Part shown: positions 52,851 through 64,000 of the stretch, piece after piece
How the letters are laid out: every line of letters begins with the position of its first letter
Position numbering within the stretch: position 1 is the first letter of the stretch
Assembly (NCBI RefSeq): GCF_000497125.1
Contig: NC_090597.1
Coordinates: forward strand, 817,797-881,796
Reading direction: 5' to 3'
DNA length: 64,000 nt
Origin: Spironucleus salmonicida
Lineage: Eukaryota
Translations under genes and position numbers: made by a program
The notes under the pieces: model-generated
Told to the model about the DNA's origin: nothing
The model's database searches: none
The model's input: the letters and a program-made list of their open reading frames with translations, nothing else

Positions 52851-54392
52851 ATGAACCCCTACATCTGCCCTACCAAAAACTGTCCAGATGGCACTGTTTG
52901 CCCAAGCACTGACAAAAAAAAGCCACAAATTTGCAAAGCGTGTGAAATATTCAACTGCAAGAGGTGCTAGTTGTCTTCACGGGGCAAGTGTTAAGCATGC
53001 CGATATGGATACTACTTAGAGAGTAATACCTGCAAGGCATGTAAGGAAAACTGTGAAAATTGTGGCAGCCGCGGATGCTCCAACTGTATCCCAGGATACA
53101 TAGTTAAAGACGGTTAGTGTGTTAAATGCGTGCAGGACTGCAATATCTGCAGTGGATAGTGGGTATGCAAAGATTGCAACCAGGGATTTTTTAAAGATAG
53201 ATTCCATAATTGTTAGCCCTGTTCCCTAGGTTGCAGTGAATGCACTAGCAAACGGTCCTGTAGCCGATGCTTACCTGACTATAATTTTATAAATAAAGTG
53301 TGCCAGAAATGCCCAGAAAACTGTATAAACTGCGAAGATAACGTATGTTATGAATGTATAGAGGGTTACAAGATTTTTGATAATGACTGCTTGCCTTGCC
53401 CAGAAAACTGCAAAAAATGTTCCAGATACTAAGAATGCTAAATTTGCAAAGATGGTTATTTGCTTGATAAGATGGCTAATACGTGCACGTTCTGTAAGGC
53501 CAACTGCCGCGCATGTTTGTCGAAGGATGTATGCGGCCTCTGCAAAGACCACCACGATCTGGTTGGTGGTGAGTGCGTTCCGAGCGAATGCAACATAAAT
53601 AATCCCTGCGGACCTAACTAGTTCTGTGATGCTAAAAGCACTGGCTCGACTTGCGTTAACTGCATGGAAGGATGCGCTACTTGTAATACCGCAGAGGTTT
53701 GCAGTAGATGCTCAACTGGCTACTTGAAAAAGGATAACCGCTGTTTGAAATGTTCTCAAAATTGCTAGCAATGTTCAGTAGTTGATACATGTGATTTGTG
53801 TTTGGATGGATATAGATTCACCAATGATTAATAGTGCGTAAAGGATTAGTGCGAAGATAAAAGAGGTTGTCCTTAGGGTAAGAGCTGTAAAGAACTTGAT
53901 TCTGGAAATATATGTATTTAATGTCCTGATTTATGCAATGTTTGCTCTGACACAGACACTTGCACAGAATGTTTAAAGTATGCACGGTTTTCGTCTGATG
54001 GAAAGTGTGTCGATGATTAATGCCAATAAAATATTAGCTAGTTCGCTGGATTTTACTGCAAGGTATAAGATAATGGTAATAGTTGGGAGTAGTGTCCTGC
54101 TAATTGCTTCACCTGTGATAGCAAAACTGTGTGCACCTAATGCAAAGATAATGCTCCTCCTGTAGATGGAGCATGTGTTATCTAAAACAACTAAATAAGT
54201 AACGGATCTATAATCGGAATCGTTGTTGGCATAATAGCTGTAGTTGGCATTGTTATAGGCGGAGTAGTATATGCTGTTTAAATGAAGAAAAAATCTAATT
54301 TAGTTTAAAAGAATAGTAATGTAAAACCTAATAAGTAAAACATATAATTTCAAATTGACGAATCAGTAAGAATACTGACCAAAACTGAATGA
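52851..54392 (+). CDS. CRMP2-like protein, paralogue of 5260-6801, 513 aa
   Basis: MNPYICPTKNCPDG... with the same length and nearly identical TM and tail, ending TGA at 54390-54392. Confidence 0.92.
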
Positions 54393-54565
54393 TGAATTCC
54401 CTCCACTATATTTCAATATATATTTGATAGTTTTTAACTGAACTTCGACTTCTCTATCCTCTAAGTACAATCTGTCTCATACCCCAAAACGCAAAAAGCA
54501 AATTTCTGAAATCCGAAGCAGCTACACTAAATTAATAAATATTTACATCCAACGTCTCACTTTCA

Positions 54566-55960
54566 TCATTACTACCTCCACTTCATTACTGTTTTCCGCT
54601 TTGCGACCTTCACCCTCCTAAGATACCAGAAAACTCCACCAGAAGCACCCAACACGACCGATTTAACGGCCAGCGAAATTCCTAATACTGCCCCAGAAGA
54701 CAGACGATTACCTTCTTCCGCACTTGCAAAGCAAAAAGTTCATATGGCAACAGCCCCGTCAGTACAATTCGCGCACGTACCATCTTCGATTCTGTAGCCG
54801 TATAAGCAGTCCCCACATTTTTTGCTGTCATCAGCTAAGCAAATTCTGCAGTTTAGGCTGGCCCCGCATTTGCATTCCGTGACCTGCCCGCGGCTCCCGC
54901 ACTACACAGCCTTACAACCAATGCAAGCGTGCCCGTCTGTTAACATATCCGCACAAACGTCTGATGCACGTTCATCGCTTAGCCTTTAGTTCAGCTATCA
55001 CACATTTTAGCGTTTTGCGAGCACGTACCGCACCTGGAATCGCACTTCGCACAGACACCTCACAGCATAAAAAGCCTTACGCGCAGTTGCTGCATTCCAG
55101 GTTCTTGTCGATCGCGTACCCAGAAATGCAGGTCGCGCACCTTCATAGGTTTTTAAGCTTACAGCTCCAGCAGTTAATTGACAGGTTCTATTAACACTGC
55201 TCTTTCACGTTACCAGAGCAGGTGAACCAGTTACATTTTCTATAAAAAGTATCTTTAGATAATCATGTACATAACTGGTCTGCGCAGCCCCTGCAGTCAG
55301 TGTTATCTTCCTTGCATACTGCGCAGTTATCAGTACAGTTTTTGCATATATTATCGCAGATTTAATTTATATCGCAACTGCCGTCATCTACTTTGCATTA
55401 TTTTTAGCATTTACCACGTTATACAGAAAAATTAGCTTTACAAACCGTGCCGTTATCGTTATTAGCTAAGTAGGAATTGCACTTTTTATCTGCACATGTA
55501 TCGCACTAGTTGCTTATGATAGAAACCCCATTCTTACAAATCGTGCAAACCGAGCTAGATACGCAGCTTTCAGGGCAGGAAGTACATTTTTCACCTTCCC
55601 ATCTAAACCCAGATTTGCACACCGCACATCTTCATGTACATTCTGTGCAGCTGATATAACAGATTGAGTTGGTCCTGCAGTCACCAGTCCTGGTGCATTT
55701 TTTCTCGCATCTCCTTTCTAGCATCGAAAATCAATTTTTGCACACCATCCATATCTCTTTATTATCTGACCAGGGCTTACATTTTTCGTCTTTTCAAGAA
55801 ACGCAAATATTGTTTTCGATCAAAAATCCTTACTAAAAAGTTGTGCAAGCGGAGAAAGAACTTGCATTTTGCTTAGTTGCAGGGCGCAAAATTTTCTATC
55901 GACGGCGCGAATCCGCTAAGACAGGATTTGCTGGTGCTGGCGTTATAACAATTTAGTACA
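54566..55960 (-). pseudogene. CRMP pseudogene
   Basis: VCADMLTDGHACIG...QVTECKCG...GAVAI*TFCFASAEEGNRLSSGAVLG... with an in-frame TGA at 54740-54742 and frameshifts upstream. Confidence 0.8.
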
Positions 55961-57984
55961 ATTTTGGGATTGCCGGTCTTGAAAGTTACAGATTTTCAGG
56001 TCGTGAGAGTTCAAATGATGTGATTTTGAAGGATTTGAGTTAATTTAAATATTTAGCTTTTTGGAGATAATTTAGAGCAGTTAGTTGTTTTAGAAGAAAT
56101 TCAGGGACTATCATTTTCCTGCATTTCTGACATTAATTTATGAGAAAAATGGTATTATGATTGCAATTTTAGTACTTTTTAGCAGAAACTGAGTTTTTAC
56201 TGCAATTTGCATAACAGTTATATCATGTATTACTTACAGTAACGAAGCGGTTTTCTGCGTAGAATGTGCAATGTGCAATTTTCGCGTTATTGTATTTTAA
56301 AAATGAGGTATTGCATGAGGTGTAGATTGAAAAATAATAGTTAGTTGTCTTTGCTGATGATTAGAAAATTAGCCTGGGTGAGTTGGGGAGGCGCATTTTG
56401 CGTATATTTGATTGATATTATATATAATATAGTATAATAAAAAATTGTTATGGTGTTATTAAGTTTTGTATTTCTTAAATTGAGATATGATAATATAGGT
56501 ATTAAATGTGCGATATCCAAAAAATGTATGAATTGGAAATAATGGGGTTAAAATATATTTCTGATAGAATTAAATAGGATTATGTAATTAATAATATAAT
56601 ATTAATTTATGATTATTTCTTTTTATTTAGCTCGTATATGGTGATAATAATACAGGTTAGAAATAAATGTACATTTTAATTGATTAGTTTAGTAGAATTA
56701 GTTATGGAATATATAAAAATCAATAACTCAATGTGAGACACAATTTATATTATAAAAATTCAGAGTGAGTAGCATTATAAAGATTGTTTTAAGTTTTTAT
56801 ATTACGAATATATTAAATTAGGTTCTGAAATTTTATTTTAGAAATTATTCGTTACAAATTCTTGTATTATGTATAATTCTATTATATATTATTAATATCA
56901 GAAATGCAATTAGTACCATTGCCTGGTAGATAATCTATTAACTTTAGTTCAGTAAGCAATACTAAATAAGAAAATAAATATTATTAAATTCTTTAAATAA
57001 CATTAATTTTACTTAATAATTGCTTTTGCAAATAACAACCTAGCATATTTTTTTTTCTAAATATGATCTTTAAAGATGGATTTAATATCATTATATAGTA
57101 ATTAAAAAGTAAAACAACATTTTTTAAAGATAATTACTATGCTGATTCCATTATTAAAATGATTTTTTAATATATTCTTAATCATAATATAAATTTATTT
57201 ATTTCAGATGATAATTTACTAGATTAATATTAAGGAGTTATATAAACCAATATCACACCATATTTTATGGATTATAGATTTACTTAAAAATAATGTCATG
57301 AGAGAACTATATTCTACATTATTCTAAAATTTAGAATCTAAGTAAAATAAATCACTCATAATATGGTTTAAAAGATTTTTCAAAGAACTTTCGTAATTAA
57401 AAATGCAAATACTTACTATAGTATTTCTATTAAAACTACTATGACATAGTTAGATTATTTTTAGATCAATTTATTGTGGAATAAATATCAGCACTAGGTA
57501 TTATTTTTATGAGTATAAATAATTTAAAATTATGTTTCTTCATATGGTATTCAGTAAAAATTAGATTTATTTAAACTATTGATAGATCTACTGTTATTAA
57601 TAATATATCAGTATATAATATTATATAAAACATTGTATTAATAGTTATTTTGATATATTTAAGTTATAATTAGGAATAGATAATAAGTAACTAATCGTTA
57701 TTATAATGAATAAATTATTCATTGTTCTATCAGTAATGTGTTATCTTAATTAATCTATTCTTAAAATATCGCTATTATAGTTTTTCCTTTATAACAAAAA
57801 ATTAACAAAATGAAATTATTTTAATTATACCTAAGAGTTATCATAGTATATGGCTCTATATAAAATTTAATATTATTGTTAAATAAATATGTAATAAAGT
57901 TTTGTATATATCTTATTATTAGTTAACGTATGCACATCATATATGATTTTAAAATAGTTAATATTAGATCCAATTAAACTTTAA

Positions 57985-58680
57985 AATGTATATTAGTGGT
58001 AAATCAACATTACCAATAAATAAATGCGAAGTCTATACTTTCTGTCCCTAGATGGCTGAAACGAAGTAAATATCCTAGAATGTAACAAAACTCATATTAA
58101 AAAAGGATAATGTTGCGTTTGTTCTAAAAATACAACTATAATAAATTATCAAATTTGTACTGATCATAACGTTGAGTTTGTACAGTCTATAGATAAATAT
58201 TACTACAAAATTACTGAACTCGTTCACCTATCATATGAATTGTGAAAATTGCAATGATACTTTAAAAATATATACAAAATACATCGAAGGTTTTATTTTA
58301 GACCAACTCAATTATATATAGACGGCAAGCTAATAAATAATGTTGATAATATAATAAAAGAGTTTCCTAGTATAAATAACGTAAATTCTACAGAAAATAG
58401 TGTACCGGCCTCCATTATCTATGTTTTGCACATTATATAAAGGTATTAATGATACTAAAATTCTTATCATCCAAGGATAATATACAAAATTACATACAAT
58501 TTCGTCAATGGTAAATACTGTCTAAATGGATTTATTACAGGTAGGGGTGAAGATTCTGCTTTGTAATATAAATGTGGACGCACTAGTTATTGCGTTACAT
58601 TTAATCGTAAAACAATAGTGTGTAAAAATATCTTAGAAGCATGACAAACGTAAAGTTGGTCTGAGTATTAGTTATTTTTA
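57985..58680 (+). pseudogene. Heavily decayed Cys-rich gene resembling the 606/48238 type
   Basis: Remnants NKCEVYTFCPQ, NCENCNDT and GKYCLNGF..QYKCG parallel NNCLVDQYCP and HYCLNG..QCYC. Confidence 0.5.
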
Positions 58681-59059
58681 AATACCTATACATATAGTTA
58701 TTAATAACAATATAGTATAAAGGAAACTTATTACTAGTTCTAAAATAACTGCGATCTTATCTAATATATTGAGAATTTTTAGTTTTTAGTTTTTATTATG
58801 TTATATTAGTATTATACAACTATAATTAAACTCAATTTAAAAATTTAACTGTTTTAAAGATTATAAGTTATTACGTATTTGGCATATATAATAAGTATTA
58901 CAATCAATGCATATAATAATAAAAGCTGCTTCTTTTCTTTTGCCCAATCTACTGCTATTCATGTATAATTACCTTAAGTAAATTTTATTAAATTATGCTC
59001 TTTTGTACATCATCAATTCCACACATATTATCAAATTTATCCAAAAAATATTTTACTTC

Positions 59060-59142
59060 CGTTTCAATATCTAAAACACGATACCGCCAATTCTCATTAT
59101 TATTCAAACTTATAATCTATGCATATTTTCATCCCCATAAAA
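59060..59142 (+). promoter_or_regulatory. Conserved CRMP1 5' flank, shared with 41568-41650 (minus strand)
   Basis: AAAACACGATACC..AATTCTCATTATT..TCAAACTTATAA..CATATTTTCA..CCATAAAA lies immediately before the ATG of both genes. Confidence 0.65.
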
Positions 59143-60682
59143 ATGTCAAACTAGTGTAGTCCTTCAAATAAAACTTCCTGCGATGCAGGTTACTTCTGTC
59201 CATCCAACGTATCAGCTGATGCCACAGCGTGTCTAGTCTGCAAATCAGAATGTGCAACCTGCACGGGAGACACCGCAGAAGCTGCTAAATGCTTAACCTG
59301 CGCGCCTGGAAAGTATCTAATCAGTGATTTCTGCACCGCCTGCGACGCAAAATGCGCTACCTGCACAGCAGAAAGCACCTGTCAAACCTGCAAAAATGGT
59401 AACTTTTTAAATGGAACCACCTGCTCAGCCTGCGTTTCAGGATAAACCATGGCATGTACCTGCGGCTCCGTTAAAAACTGCTCCACATGCGCGGCGGATA
59501 TGAGCAAATGCAAAACATGCATAAACAATTTTGACCCCTCTGGAGGCACCCCTTGCGAGAAATGCTTGTCAGGATTTTTCAAGGAGACCAAAGATGGGAG
59601 TGAAACTTGCACAGCCTGCTCTGCTAACTGTATAACGTGCACTTCTAGCTCGGTTTGCACAGGCTGTGAGAATGGGTTTTCTATCAACTCCAACAAGTGC
59701 GTATCCTGTGCAGACGAAAACTGCACTACCTGCACAGCTAACAAAGATACCTGCACGGTGTGCAAAGCTGACTTTTCTGTGGAAAATAATAAATGCGAGA
59801 AAAAAATGCAAAGTAGGTGATGACAGCTGCACCATGAACTAAATCTGCGACAATATCTGTAAAGACTGCACCGGGAGCTGCGCTACGTGTAAGGAAGCTG
59901 TCGACAAGTGCACGACCTGCAAATCTGGGTTCATTTTAGCAGGCGATAAATGTGAAGCGTGCCCCAAGGATTGTGCGAACTGTGACGATGACAAAGCCAT
60001 CTGCAAGCTTTGCAATGATAATTTTTTCACCGAAGATAATACCTGCACTAAGTGTGATGGAAATACGACAAAACAGTGCAAGTGCGGTGAAGCAGTTAAC
60101 TGTGCTACTTGTGAGGCTTCTAATAAAGAAAAATGTGAAACCTGCATCACTGGTTACAAAAATGGTATAGATGACACCTGCTCCACCTGCAACGATGGTT
60201 ATTTGATGGTCAAAATGATATGCACGAAATGCGAGTCAAACTGCGCCACATGCCACGAAAGCCTCGAAAAGTGCGACACATGCGCCAATTCGTACACAAT
60301 GAGCATCAATTAGACGTGCGAGAAGAACTGCTCTACTGCACTGGTAAATGGAAACGCCTGCATCGGCACTGATAGTTCTGCTTGTGGAAGTAAAGGGCAG
60401 ATAACGGAGTGCAAGTGTGCAAATGCTAAGAACTGTCTCATATGTAATGATAGTAATACGACGTGCGGCTCCTGCCTCCCTGGATACAAATTTGAGTCTG
60501 ATAAATGCGAAAAATGCGAAGATGGTTATTCTAAAACTGGGGACTTCTGCTTCATCCCCAGAAAGGAGGCTGGGAACCTCTCAGGCGGCGCGGTGACTGG
60601 AATTGTGATTTCTGTTCTGGTGGTGGTAGGGGCCGTCGGTGGCGGTCTGGCGTATTACTTCATCAAAAAAGGAAAGAAGTGA
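59143..60682 (+). CDS. CRMP1 with a single +1 frameshift in an A7 run (59800-59806); intact gene with a read error, or a young pseudogene
   Basis: [20 protein letters not shown]...KCEKK, then after the shift CKVGDDSC...[15 protein letters not shown]. The paralogue near 26000 has A6 at this site. Confidence 0.85.
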
Positions 60683-61274
60683 AAATTATTTGTATTTTTC
60701 ACATGAATATTCTAGTGTTGTCAGAATATGTGAAATTTAATAATTGATTTATCAGAAATCAAATTTCTCATTGTTCCCATTATTAATTTAAATTATGCTA
60801 GATATAGACTAAATTTAATATTATTACATCGGAACTTAATTAAAGCTACTTTTATAAATAAAATTTACAAAACTCGGCTAGAAATGGTTTACGAAGCTTT
60901 AATAAAACGATATTGAGACTGCAAATACCATTGAGCAATATGTATTATTTCTATGCTATTGAATTATTTTAAATATCATGAAATTTCATTATTAACCTTC
61001 AGTACTTAGCTGATATTATTCCTTAGGTAGCTCTACTATTAGTTAGATTTCATTCTGTTCTAAACTAACAAATAGGTTATTTTAATATAATATATAGTAA
61101 ATATTAAAATATCATTTACATGAAGTAACTCTAAATATTAACTAATATCATATTTTGAATGGAATACCTTAATATCATGCCTAGTAATAAATGAACATTA
61201 CCAGGACATCTAATAAAATTCTATTCTTATACTAAGCAAAATGTACTAAATCTTCCTATGTATGGCCAGCACAA

Positions 61275-61886
61275 TCACTTGGCATGAAACTCACTTCCAT
61301 TCTGCCCGCACCCTAGCAATACTCTTACCTATTTTATAATGTCCTATATTCTATTATTCAACTTCCAGCAACATACATCCACTATACCTAGCAAGCTGAG
61401 TTTTCTTGGGTCTACCGAATAAGCCTTAAAACTTGCAGATTCGAAGTCCTCGTTACCCGTGAATTTATGATTATTCACAGCACTCCTCCTATGAAATTCT
61501 TAAATTTCCATCAGTTTCACTAGCGCATCTAAGCAACGCATCAAAATGACTACCTAGAAACCGCGAATCCAGAACTTGCTAAATGCTCCCATTTCCTATT
61601 ACGACTAAATCGGAATAACAAAGCATGCAAGGTACCTGCATGGATGCAGGATAACCATATTGGAAGGACCTGAATTTTACGAACCAGAGCAGTTCAATTT
61701 TAGAGCATCGGGATGCGCTGAAAATGCGAAAGATAGAGGAGATGGTCGGCAAAGTTAGGGGCTCAGTAAGGGCGGGCTGGAGTCCAGAGGTTGGCAAATT
61801 TGCATGTTCTGGTGCGGAGTTTTCAACTGGTGCTGGGAAATTTGACGAAATGATTTTGCTGCTGTTGCGCCATGTGGGGATATCAT
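61275..61886 (-). CDS. Hypothetical protein (reading frame ambiguous)
   Basis: GC-richer island with a 203-aa TGA-free frame from ATG 61886 ending AAG TGA. A second frame is also open. No recognisable motif. Confidence 0.3.
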
Positions 61887-62199
61887 ATTTTTAAGTTTTA
61901 TGGTATAGCTTTATTATATAATAATATATTTATTAATGCATAGGAAAAGTATATTATATATGATTATATATTCTAAGAATGGAAAATGTTGAACCTGAAA
62001 GCTGGTAGCTTGCGTTAATAGGTGCTTACTGGATGAGATCAAAATTCTCCAGTTAGTGTTGGGTCATATTAATAGGCTAGTTTACAAGTGCATGATATGA
62101 AAAGTGGTAACTGTAAGTCACTGAAACTGAATATATTATTCAACATTCGATCTAGTTCTTTATATCCTTAAACACCATACAAAGTAACGAAGCTAATTA

Positions 62200-64000
62200 T
62201 ATTATATTTTTCTATTTCAAGTTCATTCTCGTGGTTCCATTACCATTAGGTAGTTGTATTCTCATTAAAGCCACTAGTATTTAATTATACTTTTACTATT
62301 TTTATATAAATCTGTATCTAAAGTATCATTATAATTCGATACAAAATTGTCCTGTTATGCTAGTTTTACTGAGAGATGTCACAATCATTTTAATAATAAC
62401 TATAAAATTAGCTAAGTTGTTCGAAATTGTAGGCTATGGTGATCGTACTGATACTGCATACATTAAATACTGATTAAGATACTATATAGCGAAATTAATT
62501 CAGCGCCAGCCTGATAACCTATCTTCACTAATTGCGTAGGCAAAAAATAAGTCTGTTCCATACCACTAATATTTATTTCTGGATCACCTTCAGCAACTGC
62601 TCTGGAAATTTGCCCAAATACTGTTAGAGTATCAGAATTATCAATCGTGCCACCTACAACGCTGCTTAGGCTAGGCACTGAAATTTAGCATTGTGGGTCA
62701 TAAGAGTCAGAGCTTTATGAGATCCGGTAGTAGTCTACCAACAAAACTCAATATTTGCAAAAATATATACATGCCATGCTTCCAGTCGCTAAAGCACTTG
62801 TGTTGATTGATTTTTAAATTTAGTGTCGTATGTATTCTTGTATGTTGGTATTTCTACACTTTAGTTAAGCTAATACTTTGAAGCAACATAAAAGTACTCA
62901 CTGATACTTTCTAAGTTATAGTGTATTTATAACATCATTTATCGATAATTGGAACTTCATACTACTCAAGTATACCTAGCCATTATAAAATGATCTTTTG
63001 CTAGAAGAGCTACAAATAATAATATTTGGATAATTTATCGCTAACAGACTATTTTAGTTTAAGTAAGTACTACGCAACTAATATTATTAATATCCTGTAG
63101 AAACAGTAAGCATTTCAACTATTTAACTATAATGATCGTCTCTACCATAATTGTCCTGGTATGAAATAATTGCATACTTTAAAAAGTTTGACTTTATTAG
63201 TAACGTGTTACTATATGCGTAAATAGCTACTCACTAATTCGTTACATGATAACATGGAGTTCAAACTGCTAAAATAGTTTGTAGCACGATTTCTGTATAA
63301 TTCCATCATGATAATACTCAGATTCCGTCATTAGCAATCCAAGTATATTTAAGATATAAAATAATTTGCAATTGATATGCTACTATTGCTAGCTGAATAT
63401 AGCTGCTTGAGCATATTATTGTGATAGTAACTCTGTCATTATGCATGTTCCAATTATAATATTCTGGAGATAATATTTTCATATAAGTTTAAAACACCTT
63501 TAGAGATTTATAATGTAATCTACGCAAATTAATTATCACTAGTAAAGCTAATTAAGAATGTACGAAGTTTCAGAATGATACTCTAGTGTGTGATAGACTG
63601 GCAGCTACCTTGCTGATAGAATAGTAGAACATGCGCTTTGAGAATATAAAGAACCGTAGAGTAATACCATGATTGTGTTAAACTGACTATCTGTTATTAT
63701 TATGGCCCTCTTTAAAAAATTACTCAATATGGTGGTATTCAGCCAATAAAATTGTCATTGCAATGTGTATCTTAACTGTTCTTTCAATTTTAGCGTATAG
63801 TTTCACTCTTTCTATGATTAGAATTTGCATGGGTATATTTTCATATATAGGCTATTTTTGTTAAAATTAGCTTCTAAGCATATTATATTCATTCGGACGA
63901 TCTAACCCAAAATCATCATAAACAGATTTAGTAGTAAATAGAATCAGATAGAAACGATATTAAACTTTTACTTCTACCTTGTCATATTTACTACCGTAAA
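62200..64000 (-). pseudogene. Possible decayed large gene running off the window end
   Basis: Protein-like stretches (e.g. 62463-62720) lie in changing frames separated by TGAs. Family not identified. Confidence 0.25.

Larger units (their letters stand above)
48190..54750 (+). repeat. Segmental duplication copy B (direct repeat of ~560-7160)
   Basis: Colinear match to the window start with the same order of genes and pseudogenes. Confidence 0.95.

Noticed and set aside
62463-62720. Faint resemblance to a subtilisin-like (S8) segment (GYQAGAELIS)
   Set aside because: No catalytic D/H/S motifs were found and the frame is bounded by TGAs, so it is too weak to call.
1-64000. Ciliate origin, transposons, rRNA/tRNA genes or spliceosomal introns
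   Set aside because: Ciliates share the code, but the intron-less genes, CRMP tails and AGTGA ends fit a diplomonad better. I recognised no RT, transposase or structural-RNA signature by eye, though a covariance-model search was not possible.

Overview
Eukaryotic, apparently intron-less, AT-rich DNA that uses a non-standard code: TAA/TAG = Gln and TGA is the only stop. The supplied ORF track is therefore fragmented, and many of its entries are antisense shadows. The code, the AGTGA stop context, the C-rich motifs just upstream of ATGs and the cysteine-rich membrane proteins (CRMPs) ending in KKxKK point to a hexamitid diplomonad, most likely Spironucleus (inference). The window is dominated by a CRMP array: about 8 intact genes, 2 near-intact frameshifted genes and more than 10 decayed pseudogenes or fragments. 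These share patchwork blocks of near-identity and include a ~6.6 kb mosaic segmental duplication (~560-7160 vs ~48190-54750). Other genes are interspersed: a RING/B-box/B-box/coiled-coil protein with a Yippee-like C-terminal zinc domain lying head-to-head with an atypical small GTPase; three tandem pseudokinase-kinase genes (1980-bp period, middle copy chimeric); DRC9/IQCG; TCTP; a ~1830-aa ankyrin-like protein; and a sugar-porter MFS transporter. All translations and alignments were done by eye, so pseudogene and repeat boundaries are approximate.
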